DNA from: Phyllobates terribilis
Taxonomy: Eukaryota
NCBI RefSeq assembly: GCF_046119375.1
Contig: NW_027362771.1
Coordinates: forward strand, 5,022,001-5,086,000
Direction of reading: 5' to 3'
DNA length: 64,000 bases
Position 1 is the stretch's first letter; each line of letters begins with the position of its first letter. The notes beneath the pieces are model-generated. The model searched no databases. It saw nothing but the letters and a program-made list of their open reading frames with translations, and was not told the DNA's origin. Shown in pieces: positions 12,501 to 23,531 of the stretch. A program made the position numbers and the translations under genes.

Positions 12501-13760
12501 ACGGTACTGGAACTCGGTTACTAAGCAGGAGGTACCTGTGCCAGAAAGCACTACCAAAGACCAGCAGACGTTGGTGGAACTTGGATACCGAGAAGGAGGC
12601 ACCTAATCCAAAGGCACTGCCGAGAACCAGCTGACGGTACTGGAACCCGGATGGGTAGTAGAAGGTATAAGAGCAAATGGAACTACTGAGAACCAGCTGG
12701 CGGTGCTGGAGCCCAGGGTAAATACTAAAAACAGAGTGGAGCCAGAGGTGTAATTGGAGCAAGTTTTAAATCAGTAGTACAGTGGATGTGGACAAAGCAG
12801 GAGAATTTGCCGGACACACAGCAGGGGAACAGCTGACGTTACTGAACCCCAATAACATGGCAGCAAGTGTTGACTGTGCAGACGGCACTTCCGAGCGCCA
12901 ACTGGCAGTGTTGGAGCTCAGGGATAATACTGAAAACAGAGGAGCCAGAGGTGTAATTGGAGCAACTTTAAAATCTGTAGTAGTGAGAATGTGGACAGAG
13001 CAGGAGAAATTGCCGTCCGCACAGCAGGAAAACAGCTGACGTTACTGAACCCCAATAACACGGCAGCAAGTGTTGACTGTGCAGACGGCACTTCCGAGCG
13101 CCAACTGGCGGTGTTGGAACTCAGGGATAATACTGAAAACAGAGGAGCCAGAGGTGTAATTGGAGCAACTTTAAAATCTGTAGTAGTGAGAATGTGGACA
13201 GAGAAGGAGAAATTGCCGTCCGCACAGCAGGGGAACAGCTGACGTTACTGAACCCCAATAACATGGCAGCAAGTGTTGACTGTGCAGACGGCACTTCCGA
13301 GCGCCAACTGGCGGTGTTGGAGCTCAGGGATAATACTGAAAACAGAGGAGCCAGAGGTGTATTTGGAGGAGGTTTTAAATCAGTAGTACAGTGGATGTGG
13401 ACAAAGCAGGAGAAATTGCCGTCCGCACAGCAGGGGAACAGCTGACGTTACCGGAACCCGGATGGGTAGTAGAATGTACAAGAGCCAATGGAACTGCCGA
13501 AGACCAGCTGACGGTACTGGAACTCAGTTCCTAAGCAGGAGGTACCTGTGCCAGAAAGCACTACCAAGGACCAGCAGACGTTGGTGGAACTTGGACACCG
13601 AGAAGGAGGCACCTAATCCAAAGGCACTGCCGAGAACCAGCTGATGGTACTGGAACCCGGATGGGTAGTAGAAGGTACAAGAGCAAATGGAACTACCGAG
13701 AACCAACTGGCGGTGCTGGAACCCAGGGTAAATACTAAAAACAGAGTGGAGCCAGAGGTG
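6600..13760. repeat. Hierarchical tandem array of 66/67-bp monomers with 531/597/796-bp and 1393-bp higher-order units
   Basis: Monomer GAACCAGCTGACGGTACTGGAACCCGGATGGGTAGCAGAAGGTACAAGAGCCAATGGAACTGCCGA. Near-identical ORFs recur at 6779/7376/8172/9565/10162/10693 and 7073/8466. Main block ends about 12700; a short block recurs at 13445-13700. Confidence 0.95.
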
Positions 13761-16700
13761 TAATTGGAGTAAGTTTTAAATCAGTAGTACAGTGGATGTG
13801 GACAAAGCAGGAGAATTTGCCGGACACACAGCAGGGGAACAGCTGACGTTACTGAACCCCAATAACACTGGAGCAAGCGTTGACTGTGCAGATGGCACTT
13901 CTGAGCAGCAACTAGCGGTATTGGAGCCCAGGGTAAATACTAAAAACAGAGGAGCCAGAGGTGTATTTGGAGGAGGTTTTAAATCAGTAGTACAGTGGAT
14001 GTGGACAAAGCAGGAGAAATTGCCGTCCGCACAGCAGGGAAACAGCTGACGTTACTGAACCCCAATAACACGGCAGCAAGTGTTGACTGTGCAGACAGCA
14101 GTTCCAAGCGCCAACTGGCAGTGTTGGAGCTCAGGGATAATACTGAAAACAGAGGAGCCAGAGGTGTATTTGGAGGAGGTTTTAAATCAGTAGTACAGTG
14201 GATGTGGACAAAGCAGGAGAAATTGCCGTCCGCACAGCAGGGGAACAGCTGACGTTACTGAACCCCAGTAACACGGCAGCAAGTGTTGACTGTGCAGACG
14301 GCACTTCCGAGCGCCAACTGGTGGTGTTGGAGCTCAGGGATAATACTGAAAACAGAGGAGCCAGAGGTGTAATTGGAGCAACTTTAAAATCTGTAGTAGT
14401 GAGAATGTGGACAGAGCAGGAGAAATTGCCGTCCGCACAGCAGGGGAACAGCTGACGTTACTGAACCCCAATAACATGGCAGCAAGTGTTGACTGTGCAG
14501 ACAGCACTTCCGAGTGCCAACTGGCGATGTTGGAGCTCAGGGATAATACTGAAAACAGAGGAGCCAGAGGTGTATTTGGAGGAGGCTTGAAATCAGTAGT
14601 ACAGTGGATGTGGACAGAGCAGGAGAAAGTGCCGTCCGCACAGCAGGGGAACAACTGACGTTACTGAACCCCAATAACACGGCAGCAAGTGTTGACTGTG
14701 CAGACGGCACTTCCGAGCGCCAACTGGCGGTGTTGGAGCTCAGGGATAATATTGAAAACAGAGGAGCCAGAGGTGTAATTGGAGCAACTTTAAAATCTGT
14801 AGTAGTGAGAATGTGGACAGAGCAGGAGAAATTGCCGTCCGCACAGCAGGGGAACAGCTGACGTTACTGAACCCCAATAACATGGCAGCAAGTGTTGACT
14901 GTGCAGACGGCACTTCCGAGCGCCAAATGGCGATGTTGGAGCTCAGGGATAATACTGAAAACAGAGGAGCCAGAGGTGTATTTGGAGGAGGTTTTAAATC
15001 AGTAGTACAGCGGATGTGGACAAAGCAGGAGAAATTGCCGTCCGCCCAGCAGGGGAACCGCTGATGTTACTGAACCCCAATAACACGGCAGCAAGTGTTG
15101 ACTGTGCAGACGGCAGTTCCAAGCGCCAACTGGCGGTGTTGGAGCTCAGGGATAATACTGAAAACAGAGGAGCCAGAGGTGTATTTGGAGGAGGTTTTAA
15201 ATCAGTAGTACAGTGGATGTGGACAGAGCAGGAGAAATTGCCGTCCACACAGCAGGGGAACAGCTGACGTTACTGAACCCCAATAACACGGCAGCAAGTG
15301 TTGACTGTGCAGACGGCACTTCCGAGCGCCAACTGGTGGTGTTGGAGCTCAGGGATAATACTGAAAACAGAGGAGCCAGAGGTGTAATTGGAGCAACTTT
15401 AAAATCTGTAGTAGTGAGAATGTGGACAGAGCAGGAGAAATTGCCGTCCGCACAGCACGGGAACAGCTGACGTTACTGAACCCCAATAACATGGCAGCAA
15501 GTGTTGACTGTGCAGACAGCACTTCCGAGCGCCAACTGGCGATGTTGGAGCTCAGGGATAATACTGAAAACAGAGGAGCCAGAGGTGTATTTGGAGGAGG
15601 CTTGAAATCAGTAGTACAGTGGATGTGGACAGAGCAGGAGAAAGTGCCGTCCGCACAGCAGGGGAACAACTGATGTTACTGAACCCCAATAACACGGCAG
15701 CAAGTGTTGACTGTGCAGACGGCACTTCCGAGCGCCAACTGGCGGTGTTGGAGCTCAGGGATAATATTGAAAACAGAGGAGCCAGAGGTGTAATTGGAGC
15801 AACTTTAAAATCTGTAGTAGTGAGAATGTGGACAGAGCAGGAGAAATTGCCGTCCGCACAGCAGGGGAACAGCTGACGTTACTGAACCCCAATAACATGG
15901 CAGCAAGTGTTGACTGTGCAGACGGCACTTCCGAGCGCCAACTGGCGGTGTTGTAGCTCAGGGATAATACTGAAAACAGAGGAGCCAGAGGTGTATTTGG
16001 AGGAGGCTTTAAATCAGTAGTACAGTGGATGTGGACAAAGCAGGAGAAATTGCCGTCCGCACAGCAGGGGAACAGCTGACGTTACTGAACCCCAATAACA
16101 CGGCAGCAAGTGTTGACTGTGCAGACGGCAGTTCCAAGCACCAACTGGCGGTGTTGGAGCTCAGGGATAATACTGAAAACAGAGGAGCCAGAGGTGTATT
16201 TGGAGGAGGTTTTAAATCAGTAGTACAGTGGATGTGGACAGAGCAGGAGAAATTGACGTCCGCACAGTAGGGGAACAGCTGACGTTACTGAACCCCAATA
16301 ACATGACAGCAAGTGTTGACTGTGCGGACGGCACTTCCGAACGCCAACTGGCGGTGTTGGAGCTCAGGGATAATACTGAAAACAGAGGAGCCAGAGGTGT
16401 AATTGGAGCAACTTTAAAATCTGTAGTAGTGAGAATGTGGACAGAGCAGGAGAAATTGCCGTCCGCACAGCAGGGGAACAGCTGACGTTACTGAACCCCA
16501 ATAACACGGCAGCAAGTGTTGACTGTGCAGACGGCAGTTCCAAGCACCAACTGGCGGTGTTGGAGCTCAGGGATAATACTGAAAACAGAGGAGCCAGAGG
16601 TGTATTTGGAGGAGGTTTTAAATCAGTAGTACAGTGGATGTGGACAGAGCAGGAGAAATTGACGTCCGCACAGCAGGGGAACAGCTGACGTTACTGAACC

Positions 16701-17590
16701 CCAATAACATGACAGCAAGTGTTGACTGTGCAGACGGCACTTCCGAACGCCAACTGGCGGTGTTGGAGCTCAGGGATAATACTGAAAACAGAGGAGCCAG
16801 AGGTGTAATTGGAGCAACTTTAAAATCTGTAGTAGTGAGAATGTGGACAGAGCAGGAGAAATTGCCGTCCGCACAGCAGGGGAACAGCTGACGTTACTGA
16901 ACCCCAATAACATGGCAGCAAGTGTTGACTGTGCAGACGGCACTTCTGAGCGCCAAATGGCGATGTTGGAGCTCAGGGATAATACTGAAAACAGAGGAGC
17001 CAGAGGTGTATTTGGAGGAGGTTTTAAATCAGTAGTACAGCGGATGTGGACAAAGCAGGAGAAATTGCCATCCGCACAGCAGGGGAACAGCTGATGTTAC
17101 TGAACCCCAATAACACGGCAGCAAGTGTTGACTGTGCAGACGGCAGTTCCAAGCGCCAACTGGCGGTGTTGGAGCTCAGGGATAATACTGAAAACAGAGG
17201 AGCCAGAGGTGTATTTGGAGGAGGTTTTAAATCAGTAGTACAGTGGATGTGGACAGAGCAGGAGAAATTGCCGTCCACACAGCAGGGGAACAGCTGACGT
17301 TACTGAACCCCAATAACATGGCAGCAAGTGTTGACTGTGCAGACGGCACTTCCGAGCGCCAACTGGCGGTGTTGGAGCTCAGGGATAATACTGAAAACAG
17401 AGGAGCCAGAGGTGTAATTGGAGCAACTTTAAAATCTGTAGTAGTGAGAATGTGGACAGAGCAGGAGAAATTGCCGTCCGCACAGCCGGGGAACAGCTGA
17501 CGTTACTGAACCCCAATGACACGGCAGCAAGTGTTGACTGTGCAGACGGCACTTCCGAGCGCCAACTGGCGGTTTTGGAGCTCAGGGATT
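12700..17590. repeat. 203-bp tandem array with two unit variants, often alternating (406-bp dimer)
   Basis: ORF starts recur every 203 bp (13792, 13995, 14198; 14407, 14813, 15016). Variants read GVIGATLKSVVVRM or GVFGGGFKSVVQWM. Confidence 0.95.
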
Positions 17591-17652
17591 ATAGTTCAGG
17601 TGGTAGAAACATGAACAGAACAGGAGACCTGTATACTTTTGCAAACAATTAT

Positions 17653-20600
17653 TTATTCTGGAAGAGGACTGGCAAATTCATGAGAGATCCAGGCCTTGTT
17701 CATTTTGAGAAAAGTAAGCCGGTCAACGTTATCGGAGGATAGTCACATGCGACGGTCTGTTAGTACACCACCTGCGGCACTAAAGACGCGTTCCGATAAT
17801 ACAGTAGCAGTAGGGCAAGCTAGCACCTCCAATGCATACTGACTTAGCTCTGGCCATGTATCTAGCTTACAGACCCAAAACTTGAAGGGAGAAGAGCCGT
17901 CTGGGAGTACACTAAGAGGGCAAGACAGTCACCATCTGACGGAAACGTTGCCTCCTGCTGACTGGAGCCGTCTGTGATGGTGTAGACATTTGTGGCGGCG
18001 GGGACACAAAACTTTGCCACATTTCGGCCATACTGGTCTTGACTTGTGCTGAGGCGCTGCTTCTGCTCCCTCTTTGTGCAGAGCTTCCTCCACTGCCTCG
18101 ACGCACTGAGCTGCTTTGTAAAGCACTAGCAGCACTGCTCTCGGTTGGAATGGAGAACATGATGGAATGCACCAGTGCGTCTTGGTACTCCCGCATTTTA
18201 CGCTCCCGGTTCAACGGTGTTATGAGGCTTTGTAAGTTGTCCCGGTAGCGAGGATCTAGGAGGGTGGACACCCAATAATCAGCCGTGTTGAGAATGTGGG
18301 CGATGCGGCGGTTGTTTCTCAGGCACTGCAGCATGAAATCAACCATGTGCTGCAGACTGCCAACTGGCCAAGAAACGCTGTCCCCTGCTTGAGGCGTGAT
18401 CTCTAGCTGCTCTGCATCACCCCACCCTCGCTCTAGATACTGACTACTAGAGCATTGTGTACCTCCCTCCTCTGGACAGATGTCTTCCTCATCCATTGAC
18501 TCCTCCTCATCCTCCTCACAAAGTGTCCCCTGCCTAGGCCTTTGTGAGGAACCACGTTGCGCAGACTGTAGAGAAGCAGATGGCATTTGTGACTCCTCAT
18601 CCTCCACCTCTTCCAAAACCTTGTCCCTTAGTGCTTGCAGTGTTTTTTCAAGCAGGCAGATAAGGGGGATAGTCATGCTGACTAGTGCATCATCTGCACT
18701 CGCCATCCGCGTGGAATAATCGAAGGCACGCAAAACGTGGCAAATGTCCTTCATAGAGGCCCACTCAGTGGTGGTGAAGTGTGAACGGCGCGCACTGCGA
18801 CTTGTTTGCGCCTGCTGCAGCTGGTACTCCATTACTGCCGCCTGCTGCTCACACAACCTCTCCAACATATGTAACGTTGAATTCCACCTGGTGGGTAGGT
18901 CACATATGATGCGATGTTCCGAAAGACGTAATCGGCGCTGCAGAGCTGCAATGCGTGATCTTGCATTGCTGGAACGCCGCAAGTGAGCGCACTCTATGCG
19001 GACCTTGTGAAGCAGTGCATCAAGATCCGGATAGTCCCTCAAAAAACTCTGCACGACCAAGTTGAGCACATGTGCCAGACATGGGATGTGAGTGAGGTTG
19101 CCTAGGCCCAGAGCTGCCACCAGATTTCGGCCATTGTCACACACTACCATGCCTGGCTGGAGATTCGCTGGCACAAACCACACGTCGCTCTGCTGCTTGA
19201 TGGCATTCCAGAGCTCCTGCGCTATGTGGCTTCGATTCCCCAAAGAAATAAATTTTAATACGGCCTGTTGACGTTTGGTCACGGCTGTGCTCATATTGGT
19301 CACCATAACAGGTTCACGGGTCGATGTGGAGGTAGACCGTAACGGCTCCTGCAGCGCTGATTCAGAGGAACTGGAGTATGAGGAGGAGTCAATGTGTACA
19401 GACTGGATTCCTGCAATCCTTGGAGTTGGCAGAACACATACAGCGCCACTCTCAAGATCTGTACCCGGCTCCACAACATTTACCCAATGGGCATTTTCCC
19501 AGTGAGGGAAAGGTATCCGTCCCTGTCCATGCTTACTGGTCCACGCATCGGTGGTCAGGTGGACCTTGCTACTGATGGCGTTTTGTAGCGCATTTTTAAT
19601 TTTTCCCTCCACATGATGTTGCAGGGCAGGGACGGCTTGCCTGCTGAAATAAAATCGGCTGGGCACGTTGTATTGTGGGACTGCCAATGCCATAAAGTTA
19701 CGGAATGTGTCAGTCTCCTCCAGCCTGAATGATAGCATTTCAAGGGCCAGTAATTTAGCAATGCCAGCATTCAGAGCCTGTGCTCGGGGGTGGTTTGCCG
19801 AGTATGGGCGCCTTTTCTCCCATGCCTGTGCTAACGATGGCTGTAGACTGGCCTGGGAGTGTGAGGATGATTGGGAAAGTGGTGCTGTGGGTGGAATTAC
19901 ACTGTGTCTCTGTACAACAGTGCCAGAGATTCTTCCATGGCGATCCTGTGAGGAAGCCGAACCAGCTGTGTGTGAGCTGGAGGAAGAGGCTACAACACGA
20001 GCTGAAGAGGTGGTAGGTGGCGCTGTAGGTTGGCCTAGGTCTGTTTTTGTAACTCCACCACGTGCTTGGTCCGCACATGTTTCCACATATTTGTGGTATT
20101 GAGGTTGCTGACACTTTTCCCTCTTTTCACCTTCTGATTACACAGCTTGCATTTGACAAAGCAAATGTCATCTGCAACTGTGTCAAAAAAGGACCAGGCA
20201 CTGCAAGTCTTGGGAGCACCCGCTTTGGATTTTGGAAGAGCCATGCTCCTATTGGGTGCCGAAGTGGAGGCTACAGGCAACCAAGTCTGCCCCCTCCCTC
20301 TCCCTCCTTTTTGGGCTGTTCGGGGAATCTCTTCCTCAGAGCTGCTCCCACCACCTTCCTGTCCCTCACGCCATGATGGGTCAAGGACCTCATCATCTAC
20401 ACCACCCTCTTCAAACAACTGCTTCTCCTGGGTAGTCTCGACAGCACAGTACGCACCAGAAAGTGGCACCTGAGTCTCATCATCAGATGCGTACTGAGGT
20501 GTGCTGCTGACCATAGGCACTGGCCCACCCGCCTCTTCAGATTCAGAGAGACAAAACAGTTGCGCATCACTGCATACTACCTCTTCTTCAAATTCTCGAA

Positions 20601-21027
20601 TTCTGCTTGGCTGGCCCCCTCTTTCCAAGCCAAGAGATTCAGAGAACAGAAGTAGAGATGGCTCCTGTCCAGGGCTCTCTGACTGCCTGGGCAATTTGGC
20701 AGGTGCTGAAGAGACAGATGGGTGCTCTTCAGTGCTCAGGACCTGAGAGGATCTGGAACTAATTGAAGTCGATGCATTAGCTGCCATCCATCCGACAACA
20801 GCTTCAATTTGGTCCTCCCGCAGCAGTGGGGTACGGCTAGCTCCTACAAAGCTGCGCATAAAGGACTGTTCCCTGGTAAAACTGGGGGATGCTGAGTCAC
20901 TGGTGCCCGCAGCAGGCACAGAATCCCCACGTCCTCTCCCTGCAGGCACAGAATCCTCACGTCCTCTCCCTGCAGAAACTCCACGCCCACGCCCACGACC
21001 ACATGCCTTACTCCCTGCCTTCTTCAT
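17653..21027 (-). pseudogene. hAT transposase with BED zinc finger, disrupted
   Basis: BED finger WSFF...CKLC...KHVRTKH (ORF 20035-21027). Core LTTDAWTS, CDNGRNL, CLAHVLNL, TRWNST, LDPRY (ORF 17912-20086). Dimerisation domain WPELSQYALEVLACP...SERVFSAAG in a shifted frame with a stop near 17745. Two frameshifts. Confidence 0.93.
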
Positions 21028-21388
21028 CTTGGCAGACTGATAAAGATAGGCAGAAAAGTACTAAGGGCTTAGTGTGCTTATTCCTGAACAGCTGCTAAGA
21101 GGTATAAGAAACACTAATTTTATAAAGTGTGGACTAGACTTTAATATGAGCTAATGTGGCCTACACAACTGTAAAGTGGAGTGTTTGGTGAACTTTATTT
21201 AGGTTTTTTTTGTCACAAAAAGACACTGGATGTGCCTAAAGATGTAATAACGATAGTATCACAAACTTTTTGTAGCTATTACAATGTAGGAAGGTAACCT
21301 ACAATGCAATAGATGAGGCTGCAAAAAATAGGCTAATACTAATCTGGCTGGGGCTGCAGGGCCCAATGCTGCAGAAAGGCTCCTCTAA

Positions 21389-21905
21389 CTACTCCTATAT
21401 AGTGTGTTTGGAACCAATTTAGCTGAATACGGATGGAACCACCACACTAATAGGAGAAATCAGGAAAAATTATGAATTGGCAAAAAAGGACAATGTATGA
21501 GGCAGTGACACACACTGAGTGCACTACAACCAGACGTGGTTGAAGCACACACTACAGGGTGAGCTGCACTCACACACCAGACCTTGCAGACAGCGGTGAA
21601 CAGTACAGATGCAGAGCACTGTGCACTAGCGCTGCAAGACCAAAAAAATTTCTCTATCTACTCCTATATAGTGTGTTTGGAACCAATTTAGCTGAATACG
21701 GATGGAACCACCACACTAATAGGAGATATCAGGAAAAATTATGAATTGGCAAAAAAGGACAATGTATGAGGCAGTGACACACACTGAGTGCACTACAACC
21801 AGACGTGGTTGAAGCACACACTACAGGGTGAGCTGCACTCACACACAGAGACCTTGCAGAAAGCGGTGAACAGCACAGAGAACTGTGCACTAGCACTGCA
21901 AGGCA
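21389..21905. repeat. 269-bp direct duplication upstream of the transposase
   Basis: CTACTCCTATATAGTGTGTTTGGAACC at 21389 and 21658. Confidence 0.9.
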
Positions 21906-22018
21906 CAGCGATTTATAAAGTAGCTTGGGTAAAGCAGAATAGACCAAATAGGTAGCTAAAACTGTCCCTCAGAACAACAGCGTCCTATCCCTAACTGAAT
22001 TCACAGCAGACTGAGCTC

Positions 22019-22145
22019 AAAATGGCGGCGGCGGCTTTTATAGTGCATCATGACATCATTTCAGCAGCCAATCACAGCCATGCCATTAGTTAAGATGCCT
22101 ACATGCCTAACAGGATGTGCCCACACTTCTTAGGATCCTCATTGG
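22019..22145 (-). promoter_or_regulatory. Putative hAT promoter: CCAAT, ATTGG, CRE-like, TATA, YY1-like
   Basis: Minus strand, in order: CCAAT (22141-45), ATTGG (22068-72), TGATGTCA (22051-58), TATAAAA (22036-42), GCCGCCATTTT (about 22019-29). Same order at 54756-54884. Confidence 0.55.
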
Positions 22146-22294
22146 CTGAATAAAATGAAAATGGCTCATTGCATTATGGGAACTTCCGATTCCGGTATAC
22201 GATATTGCAAAAGTATCGGAATTAAGTATCGGAATTCCGATACCGCGAATATCGGCCGATACCCGATATTTCAGTATCGGAATGCTCAACACTA

Positions 22295-22880
22295 CTTATT
22301 ATATATGTGACTGACATGTTTCTATCTATCTAATCTATGTGTGATGCTCTATTCTTTCTGCTCTAAATTGTTGGGTACCGATGCTGAAATGCCGGCCGGC
22401 TTTTTAAAAGAGACGGTGCATGAAAACACTATTATTTTTTTTAATAAATCCTTAAACACTAAATGACAAGTACAGTAACCAACACTGTCACTGTACTTTT
22501 TATATATGTGACTGACATTTTTCTAGCTATCTAATCTATGTGTGATGCTCTATTCTTTCTGTTCTAAATTGTCGGGTACCAGTGTATGCCGCTGCTGAAT
22601 TGCTGGCTTTTCATGTTTCACTGTGAGCACTGTTCCCATCGATTTGGGCAATAACTGTAATGCCACAACCACCATGGCTGTGACATTACATTGCAGACAA
22701 TCCCTGCATGATGTGAAAAAATCCAGTTACGCTTTTGGTGCACGAACAGTTATCGAACATAACCTCGAATAGCCAAATTTTTTGCAAATCATTCGCATTC
22801 GTCGAACGACTCGAACACAGCCCAAAACAGCTCGAATTTGAGATTGGCGAACAGTTCTAGTCAAACACCGCTCATCTCTA
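22295..22880 (-). mobile_element. Promoter-side end of a third hAT-like element (TIR TAGAGATGAGCG)
   Basis: CGCTCATCTCTA ends at 22880, preceded by TCGAAC-rich subterminal repeats. The reverse complement of 22655-22710 aligns with 54762-54832 of the second hAT. Confidence 0.7.
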
Positions 22881-22952
22881 CACAGGACAGAAGCAGCTGA
22901 ATGAATTCTGAGCCATACTGTGTGCTCAGATCCAGCCAAATGCAGCCAAATT

Positions 22953-23527
22953 AATTGGTCGTCGTTTCATACTACAGATGGACAATGACCCAAAACATAA
23001 AGCCAATGCAACCCAGGAGTTTATTAAAGCAAAGAAGTGGAATATTCTTGAATGGCCAAGTCAGTCACCTGATCTCAACCCAATTGAGCATGCATTTCAC
23101 TTGTTAAAGACTAAACCTCAGACAGAAAGGCCCACAAACAAACAGCAACTGAAAACCACCGCAGTGAAGGCCTGGCAGAGCATCAAAAAGGAGGAAACAC
23201 AGCGTCTGATGATGTCCATGAGTTCAAGACTTTAGGCAGCCATTGCCAACAAAGGGTTTTCAACCAAGTACTAGAAATGAACATTTTATTTACAATTATT
23301 TAATCTGTCCAATTACTTTTGGTCCCTTTAAAAACAGGGTGGCACATGTTAAGGAGCTGAAACTCCTAAACCCTTCATCCAATTTTAATGTGGATACCCT
23401 CAAATGAAAGCTGAAAGTCTGAACTTCAACTGCATCTGAATTGTTTTGTTTAAAATTAATTGTGGTAATGTCTAGAACCAAAATTAGAAAAATGTTGTCT
23501 CTGTCCAAATATATATGGACCTAACTG
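22953..23527 (+). mobile_element. Tc1 3' fragment with right TIR
   Basis: ORF 22978-23235 MDNDPKH...WPSQSPDLNPIEH. Ends GTCCAAATATATATGGACCTAACTG then TA. Confidence 0.88.
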
Positions 23528-23531
23528 TATA

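Larger units (their letters stand above)
5346..22294 (-). mobile_element. About 17-kb hAT element carrying large internal tandem arrays
   Basis: TIRs TAGTGTTGAGC (5346) and GCTCAACACTA (ending 22294). Both ends have dense CCGATA/TATCGG subterminal repeats. hAT transposase remnant inside. Flanking 8-mers differ (GTCATTGC vs CTTATTAT), so no TSD. Confidence 0.8.

Noticed and set aside
6600-17590. Dozens of 60-170-aa ORFs as genes
   Set aside because: They are translations of tandem units on both strands. The 67- and 203-bp periods break frame, and there are no domain motifs.
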